Shown one piece after another: positions 10,165-18,301 of a stretch of 34,496 bases of DNA (the first letter of the stretch is position 1; every line of letters starts with the position of its first letter). A program made the translations under genes and the position numbers. Location of the stretch: UHGV virus genome UHGV-0203090. One strand, 5' to 3'. A model generated the notes under the pieces. It did no database searches. It was not told the origin of the DNA and saw nothing but the letters and a program-made list of their open reading frames with translations. This stretch comes from a virus.

Positions 10165-10193
10165 ATTATAGCATACACGTTACGTGTTGTCAA
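10165..10193 (-). promoter_or_regulatory. Consensus sigma-A promoter with palindromic operator in the spacer (copy 1)
   Basis: Minus strand reads TTGACA-ACACGTAACGTGTATGC(17)-TATAAT. Confidence 0.85.
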
Positions 10194-10374
10194 TACTTTT
10201 TTGTAATTTTTTTAATATTATTTCTTTTTTTTCATCATCAAAATAAACTTCAATTTCTCTTTCATCTTGTGTTATTCCCATACTGTTTATATAAGAAATT
10301 GGTAAAGCCAACTTAGGTGTATATGTACCTCTTCCAGACTTATTGAATGATATTTTTAAAACTCTTTTTTCCAT
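10180..10374 (-). CDS. AbrB/MazE/SpoVT-family DNA-binding protein
   Basis: KISFNKSG...KLALPISYINSMGITQDEREIEVYFD...IILKK swapped-hairpin pattern. GGGAGG RBS. Confidence 0.75.
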   Translation of the reverse strand: MEKRVLKISFNKSGRGTYTPKLALPISYINSMGITQDEREIEVYFDDEKKEIILKKLQKSIDNT

Positions 10375-10428
10375 TTTATACCTCCCGCAAAGCTAGTTTT
10401 TTAAAGAAACTAGAAAAGCTTATATATT

Positions 10429-10581
10429 TTACTTATGTGAGTTAATGTTAATTTCAGCTTGTGATTTTGCATTTTCTATATCGTATTTTGAAGTAGTTGT
10501 GTCAACATTGTCTAATTTAGAAATAATTACAAAGCATATTAAAAGAAAAGCTAAAAGTAATATTTTCTTAAATACTTTCAT
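10429..10581 (-). CDS. Small single-TM peptide (50 aa, MKVFKKILLLAFLLICFVIISKLD...), candidate type I toxin or secreted peptide
   Basis: Not in the ORF track. Strong AAGGAGGT RBS, basic N-terminus and one hydrophobic helix. Confidence 0.7.
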   Translation of the reverse strand: MKVFKKILLLAFLLICFVIISKLDNVDTTTSKYDIENAKSQAEININSHK

Positions 10582-10611
10582 AATTTAACCTCCTTGCTAG
10601 AAGATATCCTC

Positions 10612-10640
10612 TTGACAAGTGTTAAATTATAATGTATAAT
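10612..10640 (+). promoter_or_regulatory. Consensus sigma-A promoter for antisense RNA
   Basis: TTGACA-17 nt-TATAAT on + strand, with no ORF before the next terminator. Confidence 0.8.
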
Positions 10641-10646
10641 TTATTT

Positions 10647-10720
10647 GCACTTGTAAGAGTGTAAAGGTCGGAGTTTGTAAACTTGTTTCTTCGCGGGAAT
10701 TGTTTACATTCTCCTTTTTT
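10647..10720 (+). ncRNA. Candidate ~75-nt antisense sRNA
   Basis: Perfect promoter upstream. Ends in a GGAG..TGTAAAC...GTTTACA..CTCC hairpin followed by T6. Antisense to the leader of the 10429-10581 gene. Confidence 0.6.
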
Positions 10721-10745
10721 GTAGTCTCTTCTTAACTACATCTAT

Positions 10746-10774
10746 ATTATATCATACACGTTACGTGTTGTCAA
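10746..10774 (-). promoter_or_regulatory. Consensus sigma-A promoter with palindromic operator in the spacer (copy 2)
   Basis: Minus strand reads TTGACA-ACACGTAACGTGTATGA(17)-TATAAT, differing from copy 1 at one position. Confidence 0.85.
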
Positions 10775-10876
10775 TACTTTTTTTGAAAAAAGTTAAAAAT
10801 TTTTTAAAATGGAAAAAATCATTTGACACTACATTTTTTGTGATGCTATAATAATAATAATAGGAGGCGAGATATT

Positions 10877-11110
10877 TTGATAAATAAATATATAATAAAT
10901 AAGATTTTTAATTTTAATAAAATGATAAAAGAATTAGAGAATTATTATACTATTGAATTTGAAACCGATAGTTTGATACTACATAGTAAAAGCGACAAAA
11001 AAATATATTGTATTGATTATAAATATATAGATGAGAATAATGTTAAAATATTAGATAATTACGAATTGCATAAAGAAATGAAATCGTCTGATATAAATCA
11101 GCATAACTAA
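10877..11110 (+). CDS. Hypothetical protein
   Basis: AGGAGG RBS, TTG start and own promoter TTGACA(10823)-18-TATAAT(10847). Confidence 0.65.
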   Translation: MINKYIINKIFNFNKMIKELENYYTIEFETDSLILHSKSDKKIYCIDYKYIDENNVKILDNYELHKEMKSSDINQHN

Positions 11111-11160
11111 AATAACTTAAGTGTGCTACTACATTTTGACTTTTGGCAAATTTTTATAAA

Positions 11161-11196
11161 TATTTGTACCCATATTTGTACCCATATTTGTACCCA
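11161..11196 (+). repeat. Integrase arm-type sites, 3 x TATTTGTACCCA
   Basis: Three perfect 12-bp tandem copies. The same motif recurs at about 11430-11454. Confidence 0.85.
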
Positions 11197-11456
11197 TATT
11201 TTTGTTGTTATCATGAATATATCAAACATATATTAAACAAAATTTGTGAGTTAAACTAATAGCTAAAAGTGCCGAATTTTCAATGTTGTTATTACCAAAA
11301 ATATATTAAGTTATAATTAAAGCTATTTTTACGATATGTTTCCTTCCACCCCTGCCAACATAAAATTTGGTTGCTCTAGAATGCAGATATATTAAGCACT
11401 CTAGAGCTTTTATATAGGTACAGATTTTTGATTGTACCTATATTTGTACCCATATT
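11161..11456. other. attP region; core TCCTTCCACCCCTGCCA (11341-11357) resembles a tRNA 3' end, probably tRNA-Trp
   Basis: T-stem/acceptor-like sequence ending in CCA, followed by a terminator-like hairpin (GCTCTAGA...TCTAGAGC-TTTT), flanked by arm repeats and next to the integrase stop. Confidence 0.8.
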
Positions 11457-12590
11457 TCAAAAATTTAAGTTCATTTTAGACATGTAATCTTGGGCAATTT
11501 CTATATTGCTATTTTGATAATATTCAGTCATATTAACACTACTGTGCCCAAGTAAAGTTTTAGCTATTTTGTCAGGTACGTTACTTTTCATTAAAAAAGT
11601 TGCAAAATATCTACGTAAGTCATGTATTCTTATGTTAGGGTTTATATTATTTTTTTCTTTAAAAGTTTTCCAGTGTCTATCTATTATATTAGATGGAATA
11701 CAATTACCTTTCGAATTTATAAATAACAAATTATGCTCTTTGGCAAATTCGGGATTTATTAATCTTATTCTTCTTATTTCATTATTGTGAAATATTATAT
11801 ATTTTTTTAATTCTACTACAACTTGGTCCATAAGTGGAATACATCTTTTACTATCATTGGTTTTTAATACCTCTGTTATATAATATCCTTTACCTTTTTC
11901 AAAAGCTACTTGTTGTTTTACTTTTAAAAGCTTATTTTTCAAATCAATATTTTTAGTATCGAGACCAAGCACTTCACCTAATCTTAGGCCAACACTACTA
12001 GCAATAAAAACAATCATATACAGTTGATAATCTTCTTTTTTTAAAGTTTCACAAATATTTTTTAGTAAGTTATCTTTTACATGTACATGTTTTATTTTCT
12101 CTTGTTTAGGTAATTCAATAAAATCCATATAATTAGACTTAATGATATGTTTTTTATATAAATATCTTACAAAACAACTAAAACAACGATTTATTCTTAC
12201 AATAGATTTTTTACCATTCTTTTTAATTATATCATTATATAGTTTTTGTATAACATCATCATTTAAATCTTTAATTTTTATATTCAAAATTGGCTTTAAA
12301 TGACATTTTTTAATACTTCTATAATCATTTTTTGTGTCTTCATTGCAATTAGTTTTATTGTTTAACCATATATCAAATTCCTTATCTATTGTATTATTAA
12401 TTCTATCATTATTATTAGATTGAGTAAGTAGTGAATAAGGGTCAAATTCTATTTTTTTAATTAGTTCTTTTAATTTATCATTACATGTTTTTTTATTTTT
12501 ATCATATACATAATTATACTTTTTTTCATAATTATTGTATACAACACCACACCATCTATCTTTATGTTTTTTTATATGTCCTTTTAACAT
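11457..12590 (-). CDS. int: Tyrosine recombinase (phage integrase)
   Basis: GLRLGEVLGL (R), HDLRR, LLGH and terminal Y catalytic motifs. Confidence 0.95.
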   Translation of the reverse strand: MLKGHIKKHKDRWCGVVYNNYEKKYNYVYDKNKKTCNDKLKELIKKIEFDPYSLLTQSNNNDRINNTIDKEFDIWLNNKTNCNEDTKNDYRSIKKCHLKPILNIKIKDLNDDVIQKLYNDIIKKNGKKSIVRINRCFSCFVRYLYKKHIIKSNYMDFIELPKQEKIKHVHVKDNLLKNICETLKKEDYQLYMIVFIASSVGLRLGEVLGLDTKNIDLKNKLLKVKQQVAFEKGKGYYITEVLKTNDSKRCIPLMDQVVVELKKYIIFHNNEIRRIRLINPEFAKEHNLLFINSKGNCIPSNIIDRHWKTFKEKNNINPNIRIHDLRRYFATFLMKSNVPDKIAKTLLGHSSVNMTEYYQNSNIEIAQDYMSKMNLNF

Positions 12591-12642
12591 TTTATCATCT
12601 CCTTCTATCTTTTGTAGTAGTACACTTAAATTATTTAAATTG

Positions 12643-13068
12643 TTAGATCACCTCCTTAAAGTCATCTTCATATAATTTATAAGCTTTTTCAACAAATTCA
12701 ACAGTTATACCCAATTCATCGGCTATTTCAAATTTATTCATATTTTGCTTTAAAAATGATTTTAATGCTTTTTCTGGTATAATTTGATTAGCTAACCATT
12801 TGAAAGCTTTAAATTCATTTTTAGAACGAATAAGCATATTGTAATAATCATTTTTAAATGGAATAGTAGGGACAACACCAACTTCATAATGTGCAATTTC
12901 TTCTGCAAGTGCCATATTTTCATCAATTCCATCTAGTTTATTATCAAGTATAATATAATCTTCATCATCAACTTTCATATATAGACCGTTTGATTTTTTT
13001 AGGTTGTTAGTATATGAAATATTAATATTTTCTTTATCCGCATAATTATATAAATAGTCTTTTGTCAT
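12643..13068 (-). CDS. ImmA/IrrE family metallopeptidase (anti-repressor)
   Basis: LAEEIAHY motif, E.KA.KW and AD.LG.T.EFV C-terminus. Lies between repressor and integrase. Start placed at ATG 13068 after GAAGGGGG. Confidence 0.8.
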   Translation of the reverse strand: MTKDYLYNYADKENINISYTNNLKKSNGLYMKVDDEDYIILDNKLDGIDENMALAEEIAHYEVGVVPTIPFKNDYYNMLIRSKNEFKAFKWLANQIIPEKALKSFLKQNMNKFEIADELGITVEFVEKAYKLYEDDFKEVI

Positions 13069-13084
13069 TTGTAAAACCCCCTTC

Positions 13085-13100
13085 ACAAACAAATGTTTGT
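13085..13100. promoter_or_regulatory. Palindrome ACAAACA-AA-TGTTTGT, SOS (LexA/DinR) box-like, upstream of immA
   Basis: AAAC-N4-GTTT resembles the Firmicutes GAAC-N4-GTTY box. Lies directly upstream of the RBS. Confidence 0.5.
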
Positions 13101-13148
13101 TTTAAAAAGTCATATATTAGCACTACTTATTTTGTAGTGCTTTTATCT

Positions 13149-13532
13149 TTAGTTAACTTGTCCATTATTAATATAAAGATTTAATGTTGCTAATATATCA
13201 CATTTAATGTTATCAGTCATTTTTCCAATGTATTTATTGCATAAAGATTTTGGGATAAATTGAATGGCTCTCATGCGAATATAAGATTCTTTTTCCAATC
13301 TATTTATTTCATCAGGTTTTATCAAAATGTCTAGACAATGATGCTGTAATGTTTGGCTTGAGAGTGGAGCAATTAATATTACATCTTCCTTTTTATCAAA
13401 ATTAAAGTTAGAATGTTCTATTACTACAACAACCCTTTCATTATGATATGTTCTAAATAAATTATTAGGAAATTTTATTTTCTCATCAGGTACTCTCCAA
13501 ATAGCACCCATTTGGTATTTTTTGTTATCCAT
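13149..13532 (-). CDS. PemK/MazF-family toxin-like protein
   Basis: G.IW.V...R.VVVI...N...VILIAPLSS...L.KES.I...IQ.I.K..C...IGK pattern. Confidence 0.8.
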   Translation of the reverse strand: MDNKKYQMGAIWRVPDEKIKFPNNLFRTYHNERVVVVIEHSNFNFDKKEDVILIAPLSSQTLQHHCLDILIKPDEINRLEKESYIRMRAIQFIPKSLCNKYIGKMTDNIKCDILATLNLYINNGQVN

Positions 13533-13806
13533 TATTTCTTATATCTGCAAAAGACTTTATTAAATTTTTTAAGTATTTATTGTAGCCTTTTGTCGTCCCT
13601 TGTTTTATTCTTTCTTGTAAACGTTTTTGAGCAGCTTTCATATCTTCATTAGTTGGAACAAAAACATCTTCATCATATTTTTTTGGCATATTATCACCTA
13701 TATTTCTATTACAAGTATTATATGCTTTTTTTTGATTTTTTACAACATTATCTAAAACAATATATTGGACATATTCATATTGAGGAGATACAGTTGAATT
13801 AAACAT
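13525..13806 (-). CDS. Hypothetical protein, candidate antitoxin
   Basis: GGAGTGA RBS. Overlaps the PemK-like gene start. Confidence 0.6.
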   Translation of the reverse strand: MFNSTVSPQYEYVQYIVLDNVVKNQKKAYNTCNRNIGDNMPKKYDEDVFVPTNEDMKAAQKRLQERIKQGTTKGYNKYLKNLIKSFADIRNNG

Positions 13807-13812
13807 TGAACA

Positions 13813-14127
13813 TCACTCCTTTTTAAAGTTTTCTAAATCTTTTTTATAATTATCATAAGTATATTGTAGATTATTAATTAATTCTGGAATACGTTCTATA
13901 GGCAATATAATTCCAGTTTTATATTTTTTTAAAAAAGTATTATCATCATCATATTGTCTTAATATTAATTTGCCATTTTCATCAGTTTCAGCTTCTGATG
14001 GGAATTTTGCAGATGTATCAACAAAAATAATTCTTGCATGATCATTTATGTTAGTTGAAATTAAATCATCTGCAAATACTTCTTTGTAATCCTTATCTAT
14101 TTCATAAATAAATTTTTGCTTTTTCAT
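13813..14127 (-). CDS. Hypothetical protein (DUF3467-like)
   Basis: AGGAG RBS. F.D...IIF.D...IILP...PELINNL pattern. Confidence 0.55.
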   Translation of the reverse strand: MKKQKFIYEIDKDYKEVFADDLISTNINDHARIIFVDTSAKFPSEAETDENGKLILRQYDDDNTFLKKYKTGIILPIERIPELINNLQYTYDNYKKDLENFKKE

Positions 14128-14147
14128 AACATTATCTCCTTTTTTTA

Positions 14148-14471
14148 TTATTTCTTTTTATTCCTAACCATTTTAATAAAATCGTTTATAAATTTCTTTT
14201 CATCATCATCCATATCTGATATATCTAGTCCATCTTTCATGCTTGCTGCAATTTGTATTGATTCGTTAAGCATGTCAGGTATATTTGTACGACCTAGGAT
14301 ATAGTCTGTTGATACATTAAAGTGATTGGCTAATTTTATTAATGTATCATTTGACATTTCTACAGTGCCGTTTTCATATTTACTAATTGTAGCTTTAGAA
14401 ACATTTAGTATTTTCCCCAATTCTTCTTGTGTTTCATTAGAAGATTCTCTTAAGTTTTTAATTCTATTCAA
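14148..14471 (-). CDS. CI-like XRE-family repressor
   Basis: RIKNLR...TQEELGKILNVSKATISKYENG...LANHFNVSTDYILG HTH. Probable TTG start at 14471 after AGGTGA. Confidence 0.92.
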   Translation of the reverse strand: MNRIKNLRESSNETQEELGKILNVSKATISKYENGTVEMSNDTLIKLANHFNVSTDYILGRTNIPDMLNESIQIAASMKDGLDISDMDDDEKKFINDFIKMVRNKKK

Positions 14472-14498
14472 AAAAATCACCTACTTTTTTAAAAAAAG

Positions 14499-14645
14499 TT
14501 TCATTTAATGAAATTATAACATTTCTTAAATTGAAACGCAATAGAGTAACATAAAAATTTCATAATTTGAAACAAAAATAGAAAAATTTCAAAAAACTAT
14601 TGCAAAAAATGAAACTATGATATATAATAGTTTCATAAAGTGAAA
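14499..14645. promoter_or_regulatory. Lysis-lysogeny switch: TTTCA-N5-TGAAA operators and rightward promoter
   Basis: Operator copies at 14499, 14522, 14558, 14600 and 14631, with a degenerate copy at 14866. Promoter TTGCAA(14600)-17-TATAAT(14623). Confidence 0.8.
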
Positions 14646-14660
14646 CAAGGAGGCGATACA

Positions 14661-14885
14661 ATGAAATATTTATTAGAAAATAATTCAAAACACATAAGAG
14701 AAAAGAAAAACATATCTATATCTGATACTTTAAATTATATGGGATATTCTAACAGGTCTTTATTATTTAAAAAGGAAAACAACATGGTTAAGACTTCAAT
14801 AGAAGAAGCTTTAAAATTATCTAAATTATATAAAGAACCAGTAGAAAAAATTTTTAAATTAAAAGTTTCAAAAAATGATACTTAA
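14661..14885 (+). CDS. Cro-like HTH protein
   Basis: Divergent from the repressor. AGGAGG RBS before ATG 14661. XRE-type pattern KEN....SIEEALKLSKLY....EKIF. Confidence 0.8.
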   Translation: MKYLLENNSKHIREKKNISISDTLNYMGYSNRSLLFKKENNMVKTSIEEALKLSKLYKEPVEKIFKLKVSKNDT

Positions 14886-14964
14886 TAAAGATACAAGATA
14901 AAAAAGGTGAAAAAATAAATGTTTGAAAATATAGAAGAACTTAAAAGGGAAAGAAGGTGAAAAA

Positions 14965-15195
14965 ATGGAAAACGATGTTATAAATTTAGATGAAATGTGT
15001 AAAATTTTAAATAAATCTTACAATACAGTAAGGAAATGTGCTAAAGATAAAAAAATACCAGCTAGAAAAATATGTGATGAGTGGTATAGTAGTAGACTAG
15101 CATTAAGCATGTATGCTGCAGGATATGACCCAAAAGAGTTTTATGAACAACTTGCTAAAAAGGTATTAAAAAAATCAACAGAATTATTTATATAA
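14965..15195 (+). CDS. Excisionase-like HTH protein
   Basis: INLDEMCKILNKSYNTVRK...KIPARKI..EW pattern. Confidence 0.7.
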   Translation: MENDVINLDEMCKILNKSYNTVRKCAKDKKIPARKICDEWYSSRLALSMYAAGYDPKEFYEQLAKKVLKKSTELFI

Positions 15196-15218
15196 AATTA
15201 TTTAAGGGGGTGATATAA

Positions 15219-15407
15219 ATGTACAATTATTTAATAAGTAACAGAGAATTAATAATAGCGATATTAATAGCAAGTGTAAGAGCGATATCAATTGCGGTTA
15301 TATTTGCATGTACAGTACAAACAGTTGTATATCAAATTACTAAAAAAATAAGAGGAAAAGGCTACAGTATATATAATGAGATAGAAAAATTTGTATTAGA
15401 GGGATAG
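15219..15407 (+). CDS. Hypothetical membrane protein
   Basis: RBS, hydrophobic segment, operon position. Confidence 0.6.
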   Translation: MYNYLISNRELIIAILIASVRAISIAVIFACTVQTVVYQITKKIRGKGYSIYNEIEKFVLEG

Positions 15408-15415
15408 GTGAATAT

Positions 15416-15790
15416 ATGATAACTAATGAAACAAGAGCAGAAAGCTTAAATGAATTAGATAAAACAAAGAGATATGAAGAAATAAGATATGCTTTAAAAA
15501 ATGAAACTAATGGACTTACAGCAAGAGAATTAGCAAAAAAATTGGGAAGTGAAGAAAGAAACTATGTTGCACCGCGACTTACTGAATTGACAAGAAAAAA
15601 TGAAGTTAAAGTTATAAGTAAAAGATATGATAAAAAGACAAAAAGAAATGTAGCAGTATATGCATTAAGTGATAAAAAGTATTATGAACAAAAATCAGAA
15701 AAAATTGAAAAAGCATACAATAATTACTTAAATGAGAAGACAAAAGAAAATATAGAAAAGTGGAAGGGAGAAGTAAGTAAAGATGTTTAA
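15416..15790 (+). CDS. Winged-helix DNA-binding protein
   Basis: LTARELAKKL...RNYVAPRLTEL...VAVY pattern. Confidence 0.7.
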   Translation: MITNETRAESLNELDKTKRYEEIRYALKNETNGLTARELAKKLGSEERNYVAPRLTELTRKNEVKVISKRYDKKTKRNVAVYALSDKKYYEQKSEKIEKAYNNYLNEKTKENIEKWKGEVSKDV

Positions 15791-16070
15791 TAAAAAGATA
15801 AGAGAAAATAATAGAAAATTAAGACAAAGAGTATGTGAATTAGAAGAAACATGTAAAAATATTGAAGAACTAATAGATTATAAAAATGAATGCATAGAAA
15901 GATTAAAAAGAAAACTATCAGAAAGCGAATACAGAGAAAAAATTTGGGAAAATGATAGAGAAAAGCTTAATAATGTAATATCAAATTTAATAGAAGAAAG
16001 AAATAAAAAAGCAGTAAATAATATAAAAAAAGGTTTATCTACTGACATAGACAAACCTAACAAAAAGTAA
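15783..16070 (+). CDS. Hypothetical coiled-coil protein
   Basis: Overlapping start, K/E-rich heptads. Confidence 0.6.
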   Translation: MFNKKIRENNRKLRQRVCELEETCKNIEELIDYKNECIERLKRKLSESEYREKIWENDREKLNNVISNLIEERNKKAVNNIKKGLSTDIDKPNKK

Positions 16071-16140
16071 TGCAGTTACTTAAACATTACATAAGTATTA
16101 TAGCACAAATATTTAAAAAAGTAAAGGGGTGGATATAGTT

Positions 16141-16791
16141 TTGAAAAATAGTTTTTTGATATATTACGAATATGAAGAACAATTATCTATCCTATCAGAT
16201 GAACAATTAGGAATTTTATTAAGAGCAATTTTCAAGTATGAAAAATATAATGAAATACCAAAATTAGATGGTGTGTTACAGTTAGCTTTTATGTTTATAA
16301 AAGGTAATTTAGATAGAGATAGAGAAAAATATGATAAAAGGTGTGAAACATCTGCAATCAATGGAAAATTAGGGGGTAGGCCATCAAGTAAAAAACCTAA
16401 TTCAAAACCTAATAAAAACCTAAAAAAACCTAAAAAAGCCGATAATGATAATGTAAATGATAATGATAATGATATAGAAATAGATAATGAAAAAGATATA
16501 GATATAACAACTTCCGAAACAAAAGTTTCTACAGTTGATACTGCAAAAGCCAGCAAGCACAAATATGGAGAATATAAACATGTATTGCTGAAAGATGAAG
16601 AATTGCAGAAACTTCAGAAAGATTTTGAAAATTGGGAAGAGCTTATAAAATATCTAGATGAGTATATTGAAATGAAAGGCTACAAGGCAAAAAATCATTA
16701 TTTAGCAATAAAAAAATGGGTTGTAGATGCAGTAAAAAGAAACAAAAAAAATAATGAAACAAAGGAAATTGAGGATTGGTTAAATGAATAA
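16141..16791 (+). CDS. Replication initiator (DUF6291-like N-terminus)
   Basis: KNSFLIY...LSDEQLG.L.RAIF.Y...NGKLGGRP motif, DN-rich linker and YKAKNHYLAIKKW C-terminus. Probable TTG start at 16141. Confidence 0.8.
   Translation: MKNSFLIYYEYEEQLSILSDEQLGILLRAIFKYEKYNEIPKLDGVLQLAFMFIKGNLDRDREKYDKRCETSAINGKLGGRPSSKKPNSKPNKNLKKPKKADNDNVNDNDNDIEIDNEKDIDITTSETKVSTVDTAKASKHKYGEYKHVLLKDEELQKLQKDFENWEELIKYLDEYIEMKGYKAKNHYLAIKKWVVDAVKRNKKNNETKEIEDWLNE
16390..16440 (+). repeat. AAAACCTAA iteron-like repeats (probable origin inside the initiator gene)
   Basis: Four AAAACCTAA copies followed by GATAAT repeats. Confidence 0.6.
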
Positions 16792-17062
16792 AAGAGAATT
16801 TTTTGATGAATTTAAAATGCTATGTGAATATTTTAATAATAAAACTTATAACAATAAGCAGTTAACGAGAATGTATTACGATAAATGTAAAAATATGAGT
16901 TTAGAAGAGTTTAAAAAATTGTGCGAAGAATTAATGTTTAATTTGAAATTTATGCCTAAGATAGCTGATTTTGACAAAAAGCAAGGGTTTAGTGCAATAG
17001 AAAAAAGAATATATACAAAAGAATTTTTAGAAACTTTGTATGATGTAGGGGGAAATGTATGA
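16784..17062 (+). CDS. Hypothetical protein, helicase loader/inhibitor-like
   Basis: Follows the initiator, with a KFMPKIADF motif. Confidence 0.5.
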   Translation: MNKREFFDEFKMLCEYFNNKTYNNKQLTRMYYDKCKNMSLEEFKKLCEELMFNLKFMPKIADFDKKQGFSAIEKRIYTKEFLETLYDVGGNV

Positions 17063-17559
17063 GTAATTTAAGTTTATATAATATAACAAATAGTTTTATA
17101 ACACTATTTGAAAAAGCAGAAAATGGAGAATTAACACAAGAGGAAATACAAGAGCAAGGAAAAGATTTAGCGTTAGCTTTAAAAAATAAGAGTACAAGCA
17201 TAATAGGATATATAAGAAATTTAGATTTAACAAGTGAGGCAATAAAAAATGAAATTGATAGATTAACAACTATGAAAAAAGCTATTGATAATAAAAATAT
17301 AAAATTTAAAGAATACGTAAAACAAAACATGGAAGAATTAGAGCTGCAAAAGATTGATACTGAACTTGGAACTTTATCAGTTACTAAAAATCCGGCTAGT
17401 TTAGAAGTATATGATGAAAATATGATTTCTGATGAATATAAAAAAGAAAAATTAACAGTAAGTATTGATAAAACAGCAATAAAAAACGCTATAAAAAACG
17501 GAAAAGAAGTGCAAGGTGCAAGGCTTATCGAAGACAAAACAAGTTTAAGAATAAAGTAG
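17059..17559 (+). CDS. Siphovirus Gp157 family protein
   Basis: LYNIT N-terminus, KNPASL, IDKTAIKNAIKNGKEVQGARL...SLRIK. Confidence 0.9.
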   Translation: MSNLSLYNITNSFITLFEKAENGELTQEEIQEQGKDLALALKNKSTSIIGYIRNLDLTSEAIKNEIDRLTTMKKAIDNKNIKFKEYVKQNMEELELQKIDTELGTLSVTKNPASLEVYDENMISDEYKKEKLTVSIDKTAIKNAIKNGKEVQGARLIEDKTSLRIK

Positions 17560-17567
17560 GTGAAAAT

Positions 17568-18236
17568 ATGAACATATATGAAAAAATGTTAAATATAACT
17601 AATGAAATAGCAAATGTAAATAAAAACTTGACAGTTGGAGAAGGAAAAAGTAAGTACAAAGCAGTTGGGGAAGCTGATGTATTAAAAGCAGTAAAAGAAT
17701 TAGAATTTAAACATAAAGTATATAGTTATCCGGCTGACAGAGAAATACTTGAAAGCACTATGTATACAACAAGTAATCAATATGGTGAAAAAAATAATAT
17801 TTTTAGCAGAATAAAAACAACATATAGATTTGTAAATGTTGAGAAACCTGATGAATATATAGAAATAATATCTTATGCGGAAGGAATTGATACACAAGAC
17901 AAAGGGGCAGGCAAAGCAATGACTTATTCTGATAAATATGCATTGATGAAGGCTTATAAAATTATTACCGGAGAAGATCCAGATCAAAATCCAAGCCAAG
18001 AAGAAAAAATTCAAAACAAGAAAGTTACAAATAAGACTTTCACTGGCAAAAAAGAGGAAACAATACAAGATGGATTAGTAACAGATACAGAGGCTAGAGG
18101 CATATATAAAGCACTTATAAAAAAATTACAAACAAATGAAGAAGTAGTTAAATTTTTAATGGATAACTACAGCATAGAAAATACAAGCAAATTAATGAAA
18201 AGTCAATATGCAGAGATAGTGAGAAAATTTAAATAA
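17568..18236 (+). CDS. ERF-family single-strand annealing protein
   Basis: DKGAGKAMTYSDKYALMKAYKIITGEDPD motif. Confidence 0.85.
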   Translation: MNIYEKMLNITNEIANVNKNLTVGEGKSKYKAVGEADVLKAVKELEFKHKVYSYPADREILESTMYTTSNQYGEKNNIFSRIKTTYRFVNVEKPDEYIEIISYAEGIDTQDKGAGKAMTYSDKYALMKAYKIITGEDPDQNPSQEEKIQNKKVTNKTFTGKKEETIQDGLVTDTEARGIYKALIKKLQTNEEVVKFLMDNYSIENTSKLMKSQYAEIVRKFK

Positions 18237-18301
18237 AAAAACGGCACTTTTATACGTAGCAAAATGAGTATGAGAGTGTCTTTAGTATAAAGAGGTGTGA
18301 A

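Noticed and set aside
11161..11196. Tandem repeats as a CRISPR array
   Set aside because: The 12-bp repeats have no spacers and there are no cas genes. Their position fits integrase arm sites.
11341..11357. Phage-encoded tRNA gene
   Set aside because: Only a 3' fragment is present and the upstream sequence does not form a cloverleaf, so it is interpreted as the att core. I found no complete tRNA in the window.
12880..12910. EEIAH instead of HEXXH as an inactivated ImmA
   Set aside because: The EExxH variant is common in Firmicutes phage ImmA/IrrE proteins, so it is not evidence of loss of function.
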